From contig OY762926.1 of assembly GCA_963666735.1 (NCBI GenBank), forward strand, positions 512,001-576,000: a stretch of DNA of 64,000 bases. The letters are read 5' to 3'. Positions within the stretch are counted from its first letter, which is position 1. The number at the start of each line of letters is the position of its first letter. The position numbers were made by a program, and so were the translations under genes. Positions 37,006 through 46,049 of this stretch are shown one piece after another. The stretch comes from Gemmatimonadota bacterium. GTDB taxonomy: Bacteria; Gemmatimonadota; Gemmatimonadetes; Palauibacterales; Palauibacteraceae. The notes beneath the pieces were generated by a model. That model saw only the letters and a list, made by a program, of their open reading frames with translations. It did not search any database and had not been told where the DNA came from.

Positions 37006-39528
37006 TCAGTCGGGGTCGAGGATGTCGTCGATCCTGGCCAGGGCGTCGCGAAGGTGCAGTTCCGTCGTGCGGTCGAGCCGCCGCCGGAGCACGCGCTCGA
37101 TCGCATCCCGGAGCCCGTGGAGCTCGCCCCGCACGAAGGCGCGGATGTCCGACTGGGACACGTCCACCGAGGTGAAGAAGTCGGAGAGGCCGGCGAAAAA
37201 GAAGATCGGGAGCGACAGTTCCTGCGTCATCAGATACTCGAGCCTCTCCAGGTGTCCCCGCTGGAGATTCCGCCGGTAGACCCCGATCGGGGCGCCGGTG
37301 TCCAGTTCGCTCCAGATGGAGCCGCGCAGGTCCTCGAACAACTCGCCGAGGCTGTAGTGGTCTCCCCCGTTCCGGGCTTCCGCTTCGATCAACCGCTGCA
37401 TGCGGCCCGGGTCGAGGATCATGTTCACGACCCGAACCTGAATGCGCCGCATCCGGTCCACGGTTGACGGGTTCTCGATCTTCGCGAGGATGTCCTCGTC
37501 GACCATCCACGTCGGCGGGTCGAAGGCCTGCCGCGCGAAGAAGTCCATGGCCCGCCGCTGCGTGGCCTCGTCCACGAATTCGTAGACGGCGCCCTCCTGG
37601 CCGATCCGCTTTCGCGTGCGCGTCACGCCGCCGACCACGGTCCCGACGTGGCCCATGTAGCGGTTCCACTGGCCGATGAGGTTGTTGTAGAGTTCCGCCA
37701 ACTCCTCGTAGTTCTCTCCCTCGCGGCCCTCGCTGCTCCACTGGACGAGTTGCGGGAGGATCCGCTTCAGGTTCTCGATCCCGAGGTCGCTCGCCTCCGT
37801 CGCGTCGGAGCCGATGGCTTCCGTCTGGGCGCTCGGGTCGATCGGGGTCGCACTGCCGAAATAGTAGACCGGGTCGTCCTCGACCTCACGGATCCACGCG
37901 TCGAGCGTCGGGCGTTCCTCGTCCGCGTCCGCACCGAGGACCGGGCGGTAGGCCCAGTTGATCGCGAAGCGGTCGTATTCGCCGATCCGCGGGTCCACGC
38001 ACGCGCCCTCGTCCTCCGGTTGCGCGACGTAGTTGAAGCGCGCGTAGTCCATGATCGACGGCGCGACCCCGTGCCGGCACACGAAGCCCGGAGCCCGCAG
38101 CGAGTCGACGGGAAAGGCGGAACTCGACTTCATGTTGTGCTGGAGTCCGATGGTGTGTCCGACCTCGTGAGCGGCGACGAAACGGATCAGCCGGCCCATC
38201 ACCTCGTCGTCGAAGAGCGCCCGGCGCGCCGCCGGATTCACGGCCGCCGTCTGAATCAGGTACCAGTTTCGCAGCAGGTTCGCGACGTTGTGATACCACT
38301 GGATGTCGCTCTCGAGGATCTCTCCCGTTCGCGGGTCGTGCACATGGGGTCCGGACGCGTTCTGAACCTCCGACGGGAGCCAGCGGATCACGGAATAGCG
38401 CACGTCTTCCGGGCTGAACTCGGGGTCCTCCTCGAAGGAGGGCGGCATCCGCCCCTGGATCGCGTTGCTGAAGCCCGCCGCCTCGAAGGCTTCCTGCCAG
38501 TCCTCGATCCCCTGGATCAGGTACGGGCGCCACTTCTCCGGCGTGGCGGGATCGAGGTAGTAGATGATGGGCTTGACCGGGTCGACGAGTTCGCCGCGCC
38601 GGAAGGCCGCGGTGTCGCTGGGCTCGAGCCGCCACCGCGTCACGTAGGTGCGCGTGACGACCTTCTGGTCGCTGCGGCCGTAGTCGACCTGGCTCACATT
38701 GAAGAAGCCCACCCGCTCGTCGAAGATCCGCGGCTCCATCGGCTCGTCCGGCAGCAGGACCATCGACTGGTTCATCTCGATGGAGATCGAGTTCGTGCTC
38801 GCGTTCGACGGAGGCGTCTGCGCGTTGTAGGTGAGGACATGCCGCACTTCGACATTGCGGGGGAAGCTCTTGACCCAGTCGACGTAGGTGCGGTTCGAGT
38901 CCAGCGAGCGCACCCGGTACGCGTCGCGGCGTCCCTGGCTCAGCCCGAACATGGGGATGTCGGACTCGAACAGCGGCGTGGCGTCGATGACGACGCTCGT
39001 CGAGTCGTCGTTCAGCGCCTCGATGTCGAAGGCGCGCAGGATCGGCTCGAAGTTCGCGCCCCGCACGGCCCGCGCCACCGGAAGGGCCTCGTCCGCCACG
39101 TTCGTGTGTCTCACGACGCGAAGGAAGATCCGCTCGTCGTCGGGCCCGTTCTTCTCCCAGCGAATGACCTGCGTATTCGCCTTCTGGCCGCCGTAGCCCA
39201 TTCCCTCGGGAACCGACGCCAGCCGGCTCACGAGCAGGATCTCGCGTCCCAGAATCTGCTCCGGAATCTCGAACAGCCATCTGTCGTCCACCCGGTGGAC
39301 GTGGACCATCCCCGAGTCCGTGACCGCCTCCTCCGTGACGACTTCGGAATAGGGCTCCGGCCCGTCGTCGTCATTCCCGCCGCCGCGGGGGCCGGGTTCG
39401 GCCTCGCCCGAAGCGGACGGGCCGGGAGTCGGCCGGGCAAAGGGCCGGATGCAGCCGGTGACCACGATCAGGAGCGAGAGCGAAAGGATGAGGGTGAGAG
39501 GACGTGTGCGACGCACGATCTGGAGCAT
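37006..39528 (-). CDS. Zinc-dependent metalloprotease lipoprotein (EcxA-type; DUF5118/DUF5117/DUF4953 architecture)
   Basis: Lipobox 'VTGC'; 'DERVGFF', 'KPIIYYLDPATP', 'DPRTGEILESDI', 'HEVGHTIGLQHN', Met-turn 'SIMDY'. Confidence 0.92.
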   Translation of the reverse strand: MLQIVRRTRPLTLILSLSLLIVVTGCIRPFARPTPGPSASGEAEPGPRGGGNDDDGPEPYSEVVTEEAVTDSGMVHVHRVDDRWLFEIPEQILGREILLVSRLASVPEGMGYGGQKANTQVIRWEKNGPDDERIFLRVVRHTNVADEALPVARAVRGANFEPILRAFDIEALNDDSTSVVIDATPLFESDIPMFGLSQGRRDAYRVRSLDSNRTYVDWVKSFPRNVEVRHVLTYNAQTPPSNASTNSISIEMNQSMVLLPDEPMEPRIFDERVGFFNVSQVDYGRSDQKVVTRTYVTRWRLEPSDTAAFRRGELVDPVKPIIYYLDPATPEKWRPYLIQGIEDWQEAFEAAGFSNAIQGRMPPSFEEDPEFSPEDVRYSVIRWLPSEVQNASGPHVHDPRTGEILESDIQWYHNVANLLRNWYLIQTAAVNPAARRALFDDEVMGRLIRFVAAHEVGHTIGLQHNMKSSSAFPVDSLRAPGFVCRHGVAPSIMDYARFNYVAQPEDEGACVDPRIGEYDRFAINWAYRPVLGADADEERPTLDAWIREVEDDPVYYFGSATPIDPSAQTEAIGSDATEASDLGIENLKRILPQLVQWSSEGREGENYEELAELYNNLIGQWNRYMGHVGTVVGGVTRTRKRIGQEGAVYEFVDEATQRRAMDFFARQAFDPPTWMVDEDILAKIENPSTVDRMRRIQVRVVNMILDPGRMQRLIEAEARNGGDHYSLGELFEDLRGSIWSELDTGAPIGVYRRNLQRGHLERLEYLMTQELSLPIFFFAGLSDFFTSVDVSQSDIRAFVRGELHGLRDAIERVLRRRLDRTTELHLRDALARIDDILDPD

Positions 39529-39785
39529 GCTGTTGGCTTCCCGGTTCGGAGGTGGTGTGGGCGGGTCGCGGGACCGTCGACCCGGGCGCCCAACGTAAGC
39601 GGGCGCGGAAGGACGGGCCAACCTCGGCGGTCCATCCGTCGCCGCGCACCGCTGGCCGGCCGCATTGACGGATCCGCCTTGAAACGCGTAGCGTTCTACC
39701 AGTTATGCCTTGTCTCGTCGATGATCCCCGCAGTGAAGGCACGCGTGCGGAGGGCGCGACGGTTTATTTCCGAAGGAGGTACCCG

Positions 39786-40715
39786 ATGCGCATCCGCACC
39801 CTGGCTCCCTTTGCCCTCGCTCTGACCATCGCCTGCGGCGGGGCGGAAACGGAAGAAGCCGCAATGACGGAGGAAATGGCGGAGGAGATGACGGAGGCGA
39901 TGGACGACGCCCCGGCCATGTCCGGCGCCGAAGCGGCGATGACGGAAATCACGGACTATTTCCAGACGCACTACAACATGGGCCACGGCAGCATGGTCGC
40001 GAGCAAGTTCGCCGAGGACGGCGTGCTGTGGGCCGCGTCCGGCACGATGCTGTACGGCCGGGAGGAGGTCGCCGCGGGCCTCCAGGCGCGGATCGACGAC
40101 GAGGGGTCGCAGGTCCAGATCCACCCGGGCGACATGATGGAGTTCGGAGACCAGATCGTGGCGCGGGGACACTACGTGCTCACCGGTACCGTGGACGGGG
40201 CCGAGGTCACGAACTCCGGCTACTACATGACGCTGGGCCAGAACGTCGACGGCGAGTGGCAGTTGAAGGGCATGGTCGCGAACTTCGACACCCCGGACCA
40301 GTCCATGGCGGCCGGCATGATCATGGACCAGCCCGAGGGCATGGGCGGCGACCTCCTCCAGGCGAGCACGGACTACTTCGTCACCCACTACAACATGGGC
40401 CACGCGGGTATGGTCGCGGACACCTACTCGGAAGACGCGGTCGCCATGATGCCGGGCGAGCGGCCGCGCGAAGGACGCGCCGCCATCGAGGCGGGGCTGC
40501 AGGAGATGGTCGACGCGGGAGTGACGTTCACCTGGTTCTCCGGCTGGTCCGCGCACGAGTTGGAGGGCGGCTTTGTAGCCGGCATCGGCACCTACGGCAC
40601 CGAGGGCGACGAGGAGAGCGGCGGCGGACACTTCGCCGCCCTGTACGCGCCCACCGAGGACGGGGGCATGATGCTGCACTGGCTCCTCATGGACGCGCAC
40701 CCCGCCGGCATGTAG
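39786..40715 (+). CDS. Met-rich lipoprotein with two tandem NTF2-like (SnoaL/DUF4440) domains
   Basis: SD GGAGG; lipobox 'TIAC'; internal repeat 'TDYF.THYNMGH..MVA..F/Y.ED.V...G....GR.....L'. Confidence 0.8.
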   Translation: MRIRTLAPFALALTIACGGAETEEAAMTEEMAEEMTEAMDDAPAMSGAEAAMTEITDYFQTHYNMGHGSMVASKFAEDGVLWAASGTMLYGREEVAAGLQARIDDEGSQVQIHPGDMMEFGDQIVARGHYVLTGTVDGAEVTNSGYYMTLGQNVDGEWQLKGMVANFDTPDQSMAAGMIMDQPEGMGGDLLQASTDYFVTHYNMGHAGMVADTYSEDAVAMMPGERPREGRAAIEAGLQEMVDAGVTFTWFSGWSAHELEGGFVAGIGTYGTEGDEESGGGHFAALYAPTEDGGMMLHWLLMDAHPAGM

Positions 40716-40799
40716 CACGCCCCACGCCGTTCCGGCGGCCGGAGTCGTTCGAGGCATCCGGCTGCCGGTCTCCGCGTCGTGGGGGTGTTGCTCTCGCCG

Positions 40800-42350
40800 T
40801 CAGGGCGTTGGGCGCGCCCAGGCGGGGAGGACGCCCGGCTCGATGTCGAACAGGATCGGGCCCGCGGCGCTGAAGATCAGCGTGATCACGACCGCGCCGA
40901 TCAGGTTGAGGAAGAGCCCCGCCCGCGCCATCTCCGCAATCCTCACGCGGTTGCTCCCGAACACCACGGCGTTGGGCGGCGTCGCCACCGGCATCATGAA
41001 GGCGCACGAGGCGGAGAGCGTCGCCGGGACCATCAGCAGGAGCGGGTGAACGCCCGTCGCGACGGCCACGGCCGCGAAGATGGGTAGTACCATCTCGGTC
41101 GTCGCCGTATTCGACGTGAGTTCGGTCAGAAACGTCATCGTCAGGCAGATGACGAGGATCAGCACGAGCGGCGGCACCGTCGACAACCCGCTGAACCCCT
41201 CGCCAATGAACCGCGCCAGTCCGGTGGCCTGGAAGCCGTGGGCAAGGGCGAAGCCTCCCCCGAACAGAAGCACGATATTCCACGGCAGCCGGCGGACCAC
41301 GTCGGATCCCATGATCGTGGCGGACTTCGCGCCGGGCGACCTCGTCGGGACCAGGAAGAGGATGCAGGCCATCGTGATCGCGACGGTCCCGTCATCGAGC
41401 AGTTCGCCGTACGGCAGGAGCGCGGACCAGCCCGGCACCGTGAGCGGACCGATCTCGATCGGCGCGCGAAACACCCACAGCACGGCCGTCGTGGCGAAGA
41501 CGGCGAGGATGACCCGTTCCTCGAAGCCGACGGGACCGAGCTTCCGCATCTCCGACTCCACGACTTCAGGGTCGACGGAGACGTCCTCCGGCACACGGAA
41601 GAAGACGCGCGTGATCAGTATCCATGCGAAACCGAGCATGAGCGCCGCGATGGGCAGCGCCATGACGAACCACACTCCGAACGAAATGTGCGGCGCGTCC
41701 GGAAACGTGATCGCGAAGATCCGTTGGAGGGAGAGGTTCGGCGGCGTGCCGACCAGCGTCGCGATGCCGCCGGCGGAACAGGCGTAGGCGATGCCCAGCA
41801 TGATCGCCACGGAGAAGGCGCGCGTCCGGTCGCGCCCGAACTGCTCCTCCATGCGCAGGATCACGGCGAGTCCCACCGGGACCATCATGATCGCGGTCGC
41901 CGTGTTCGAGATCCACATGGAGAGGAAGGCCGCCGCCAGCATGAAGCCGAGCACGATGCGGGCGGGGCCGCCGCCCACCGCGCGGATGACCCAAAGGGCG
42001 ATCCGGCGGTGTACGTCCCACTTCTCCATCGTGAGCGCGATCATGAAGCCGCCGAGGAAGAGGATGATCGTGCTGTTGAAGTAGATGGGCGCGGTCTCCC
42101 CGGTCCGTCCGATCCCGAGGATCGGAAACAGGAGCAGCGGGAGCAGCGCGGTCGCGAAGAGCGGAATCGCGTCGGTGATCCACCATGTGGCCATGAGGAC
42201 GGCGACCGCCGCCATGCGCGTGACCTCGGGCCGGCCCGGCTCGAGGTCGAGCAGCAGCATCAGCAGGAAGAGGAGCGGTCCGAGCCACAGCCCGATGCGC
42301 TGGCCGCGCGAGCGCGTCTCGGATCGGTTCTCCGAACGGTCATGTGCCAT
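40800..42350 (-). CDS. SLC13/DASS-family anion (dicarboxylate/sulfate):sodium symporter
   Basis: 'WWITDAIP', 'LFLGGF', 'LSMWISNTAT', 'LVGTPPN', 'LTELTSNTAT', 'AFMMPVATPPNA'; SD GAGGAG. Confidence 0.93.
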   Translation of the reverse strand: MAHDRSENRSETRSRGQRIGLWLGPLLFLLMLLLDLEPGRPEVTRMAAVAVLMATWWITDAIPLFATALLPLLLFPILGIGRTGETAPIYFNSTIILFLGGFMIALTMEKWDVHRRIALWVIRAVGGGPARIVLGFMLAAAFLSMWISNTATAIMMVPVGLAVILRMEEQFGRDRTRAFSVAIMLGIAYACSAGGIATLVGTPPNLSLQRIFAITFPDAPHISFGVWFVMALPIAALMLGFAWILITRVFFRVPEDVSVDPEVVESEMRKLGPVGFEERVILAVFATTAVLWVFRAPIEIGPLTVPGWSALLPYGELLDDGTVAITMACILFLVPTRSPGAKSATIMGSDVVRRLPWNIVLLFGGGFALAHGFQATGLARFIGEGFSGLSTVPPLVLILVICLTMTFLTELTSNTATTEMVLPIFAAVAVATGVHPLLLMVPATLSASCAFMMPVATPPNAVVFGSNRVRIAEMARAGLFLNLIGAVVITLIFSAAGPILFDIEPGVLPAWARPTP

Positions 42351-42606
42351 GAGTCTCCTCGCCGCTCCGGGCCCCGGATTTCGGCCCCGCCCGCGCGGGC
42401 CCGGCGCGCGTCGCCCGAGATGGCGCGCCGCGGCGGAGGAACTTACCATCCGGCGCGAAACGCCGCGTAGTTTCCTCTCGCGCGCCGCTGGGCTAGTTTT
42501 GCCTCCCTTTGCCACTTCGCAGCGACGGTCCCCGGCTCGGCCGGCGTCGCTCGGGCCCCGGCGCGGGCCGCGATCACGAGACCCACGAAGAACGGTGACA
42601 ATCTAG

Positions 42607-44301
42607 ATGTTCGGTTCGGTACGATGGCGATTGATCTGGATCGCCGTTCTGGTAGCTGTTTGCGGTTTCGCCCTGGTGCCCGAGACCATCGTGGACGAAG
42701 TCACGGGCGAATCCGAGCGGGTCTGGCCGCTCAAGCTCGGCCTGGACCTGCAGGGCGGCATGCACCTCGCGGTCGAGATCTACGACCCCGAAAACACCCT
42801 GAGCGGCGAGGACCTGAGCGACGCGGTCGAACGGACGCTCACCACGATCCGCAACCGGATCGACGAGTTCGGCGTCCGGGAGCCGACGATCCAGCGCTCC
42901 GGGAACCGCATCATCATCGAACTCGCGGGCGTGGACGATCCGGAACAGGCGAAGCGGATCGCCACGGAAACCGCGTTCATGGAGTTCAAGATCGTCACCG
43001 ACGGTCAGGAGTTCATGGACGCGCTGGAACGGGTCGACCGCGCGATCGTGAACGAGGTGGGCATCGAGAACCTCCGGGTCACGACGCTGGAGACGGAGCC
43101 GGAAGTCGACCTCAGCGACATCCTCGGCGGCGCCGCCGATTCCGCCGCCGCGGCGGATCCGGCCGCAGAAGCGGACCCGGCCGCCGACTCCGTGGCGACC
43201 GAAGAAGACGATGCGGCGACCGCGGACGCGGTGGACGAGAGCGCTGCGCGGCCGCTCTCGGCCCTTCTGGGGCAGGGACGGATCCTCGGTGAGTATCTCG
43301 TCCCGCAGGAAGACCAGCCCACCGTGGCGGCGTGGCTTGCACTCGAGAGCGTCCGGGACGCGCTCCCCAGGGGCGTCACGCTGCACTGGGGCGTGGAGCA
43401 GGTCGGGGCCGGCGCGGGATCCTACGTGCCGCTCTATGTGCTCGAGGCGGAGCCGCTCATCACGGGCGACATGCTTCAGGACGCGGGGCCGGCGAACCGT
43501 GACCCGACGTTCAACCAGCCGATCGTGCCCTTCGAGACGACCCGGCGCGGCTCGCGCGTCTTCGAACGCGGTACGGCGCGGAACATCGGCGAGAACATGG
43601 CCATCGTCCTCGACGACCGGGTCCAGAGCTACGCCGTCATCCGGAGCGTCCTGAGCCGCCGCGCCCAGATCGAGCTTACGCCCGGAGCCTCCTTCCAGGA
43701 GGCGCAGGAACTCGCGCTCGTCCTTCGGGCCGGCGCGCTGCCGATGCCGATCGAGGTGGTCGAGGAGCGCAACGTGAGCGCTTCGCTCGGCGAAGACTCG
43801 ATCCGCCAGGGCCGCACCGCCTTCATCATCGGGATCGTCGGCGTGATCATCCTGATGATGATCTACTACCGGGCGGCGGGAGTACTCGCCGTCGGGGCGC
43901 TGCTCACGTACGTCGTTTTCATGCTCGGCGGCCTGGCCGGCCTCGACGCGACGCTCACCCTGCCGGGCATCGCGGGCCTCATCCTCTCCATCGGGATGGC
44001 GGTGGACGCGAACGTCCTCATCTTCGAACGGGTGCGCGAGGAACTCGCGGCCGGGAAGACGCCGCGCACGGCGGTGGACGCGGGATTCGGCAACGCGCTG
44101 TCGGCGATCGTGGATGCGAACCTCACGACGCTCATCACCGGCATCATCCTCTTCCAGTTCGGGACCGGCGCGGTGCGGGGCTTCGCGGTCACGCTGTGCA
44201 TCGGGATCCTCGCATCGTTCTTCTCCGCGATCTACGTGACGCGGACGCTCTTCACCATGTACCTGAACCGACGAGGCTCCCGGGAGTCCGTGAGCATATA
44301 G
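42607..44301 (+). CDS. secD: Protein translocase subunit SecD
   Basis: 'LKLGLDLQGG', 'RNRIDEFGVREP', 'LRAGALP', 'TLTLPGIAGLIL.IGMAVDANVLIFER', 'DANLTT'. Confidence 0.97.
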   Translation: MFGSVRWRLIWIAVLVAVCGFALVPETIVDEVTGESERVWPLKLGLDLQGGMHLAVEIYDPENTLSGEDLSDAVERTLTTIRNRIDEFGVREPTIQRSGNRIIIELAGVDDPEQAKRIATETAFMEFKIVTDGQEFMDALERVDRAIVNEVGIENLRVTTLETEPEVDLSDILGGAADSAAAADPAAEADPAADSVATEEDDAATADAVDESAARPLSALLGQGRILGEYLVPQEDQPTVAAWLALESVRDALPRGVTLHWGVEQVGAGAGSYVPLYVLEAEPLITGDMLQDAGPANRDPTFNQPIVPFETTRRGSRVFERGTARNIGENMAIVLDDRVQSYAVIRSVLSRRAQIELTPGASFQEAQELALVLRAGALPMPIEVVEERNVSASLGEDSIRQGRTAFIIGIVGVIILMMIYYRAAGVLAVGALLTYVVFMLGGLAGLDATLTLPGIAGLILSIGMAVDANVLIFERVREELAAGKTPRTAVDAGFGNALSAIVDANLTTLITGIILFQFGTGAVRGFAVTLCIGILASFFSAIYVTRTLFTMYLNRRGSRESVSI

Positions 44302-44314
44302 GAACGACGTCATC

Positions 44315-45247
44315 ATGAGGGTCTTCCAGAACGCGAGCTACAAGTTCCTTTCCATGCGCCGGCCGGCGTACTTCGCATCGGCCGCGATCATCACGATCGG
44401 TCTCCTGTCGATCATCTTTCGCGGCGGGCTGCGGACGGGCGTGGAGTTCACCGGCGGCGTGCTCCTCGAGGTCCAGTTCTCGCAGACGACCGAGGTGGGC
44501 CAGATCCGCGACGCGCTGACGACGGGCGGCACGACGGGCGTCCAGATTCAGCAGCTGCGGACGGTCGGAGCGGAGACATACGACTTTCTGCTGCGCGTTC
44601 CGGTCGGGGAGGATGAGGACCAGAACGCGATCCGGGACCAGATCCGGGCGAGCCTCGAGACGCAGTACTCCGCGGGAAGCTTCGAGATTGCGCGCGGCGA
44701 TACGCTGAGCGCCAAGGTGGGCGACGAGTTCCAGCGCACCGCGGTCATCGCCGTGCTGCTTTCCTTCCTCCTGACCCTGATCTACCTCGCCTTCCGCTTC
44801 GAGTGGCGGTTCGGCGTGGCCGCCGTCATCGCGACGGTGCACGACATGTTCATCACGTTCGGGTTCATCTCGCTGCTGGATATCGAGATCAACCTCGCCA
44901 CGGTAGCCGCGATTCTCACGATCATCGGGTATTCGCTCAATGACACGATCGTCGTCTTCGACCGCGTGCGGGAGAATCTGAGGAAGAAGCGGAAGGAAGC
45001 GTACGACACGACGCTCAACCGCAGCCTGAACGAGACGCTGCCGCGAACGGTTCTCACCAGCGGCACGACGCTGATGGCGCTGCTGTCGCTGGTCGTGATC
45101 GGGGGCGCCGTGATTCGGCCCTTTGCCGGCGTGCTCATCATCGGAGTGCTCGTGGGGACGTATTCCTCGATCTTCGTGGCATCGCCCGTTCTCGTCGAGA
45201 TTCACGACCGGGCGCGCAAGCGCGCCGCGATCGCCGCCCGCGGCTAG
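44315..45247 (+). CDS. secF: Protein translocase subunit SecF
   Basis: 'GVEFTGG', 'YLAFRFEW', 'HD', 'GYSLNDTIVVFDRVRE', 'TLPRTVLTS', 'GTYSSIFVA'. Confidence 0.97.
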   Translation: MRVFQNASYKFLSMRRPAYFASAAIITIGLLSIIFRGGLRTGVEFTGGVLLEVQFSQTTEVGQIRDALTTGGTTGVQIQQLRTVGAETYDFLLRVPVGEDEDQNAIRDQIRASLETQYSAGSFEIARGDTLSAKVGDEFQRTAVIAVLLSFLLTLIYLAFRFEWRFGVAAVIATVHDMFITFGFISLLDIEINLATVAAILTIIGYSLNDTIVVFDRVRENLRKKRKEAYDTTLNRSLNETLPRTVLTSGTTLMALLSLVVIGGAVIRPFAGVLIIGVLVGTYSSIFVASPVLVEIHDRARKRAAIAARG

Positions 45248-45263
45248 CCGCGGCGCGCCACGG

Positions 45264-46049
45264 GTGGCCGGGACCGAGCCCACGCTCTTCGATTCGCACC
45301 TCCATCTAACGGCGGCACGCTTCGGCCCCGACCTCGATGAGGTGGTGGACCGAGCCCACGCGCGGGGCGTGCGCGGCATGGTCACGGTCGCCTCGGACCC
45401 CGAGGACGCGGAGAAGGCTTCGGCGCTGGCCGCGCGGACGCCCGGCCTGTGGGCGACGGCCGGGCTCCATCCCCACTCGGCGGACCGGACCTCGGCCTCT
45501 CTCATGGGCGAGATCGAGCGCCTCGCCGAGGCCCCCGAAGTCGTCGCGATCGGCGAGACGGGTCTCGACTTCCACTACGACAATGCGGCCCGGCCGGCCC
45601 AGCTGGAGAACTTCGAGGCGCACCTCGGGATGGCGGCGCGGCTCGGCCTGCCGATCGTCGTGCATTCGCGCTCGGCGGAGACCGAGACGGCGGAGCGGGT
45701 GAGGGAGTACGGCGACGGTGCCGCCGGCGTGCTGCACTGCTTCACCGGAGGCGAAGCACTCCTCGATGCCGCCCTGGCTGCGGACTGGTACGTCTCCTTT
45801 TCGGGGCTCATCACGTTTGTCGCCGAACTGGCCGAATGGGCCCGCGCCGTGCCGGCCCACCGGCTCCTCATCGAGACGGACGCTCCCTATTTGGCGCCCG
45901 TCCCACGCCGCGGACGCCGAAACGAACCCGCCTACCTCACGCACACGTGCGAGCGGCTGGCGAAAGTGCGCGGCACGTCCTTCGAGGAAGCGGCGGCGCT
46001 CACGGCCCGCAACGCGCGCCGCTTCTACGGTCTGGAGGACGCGGTATGA
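45264..46049 (+). CDS. tatD: TatD-family hydrolase
   Basis: 'FDSHLHL', 'GLHPH', 'AIGETGLDFHY', 'VHSR', 'GVLHCF', 'ETDAPYLAP', 'NEPA'. Confidence 0.93.
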   Translation: MAGTEPTLFDSHLHLTAARFGPDLDEVVDRAHARGVRGMVTVASDPEDAEKASALAARTPGLWATAGLHPHSADRTSASLMGEIERLAEAPEVVAIGETGLDFHYDNAARPAQLENFEAHLGMAARLGLPIVVHSRSAETETAERVREYGDGAAGVLHCFTGGEALLDAALAADWYVSFSGLITFVAELAEWARAVPAHRLLIETDAPYLAPVPRRGRRNEPAYLTHTCERLAKVRGTSFEEAAALTARNARRFYGLEDAV

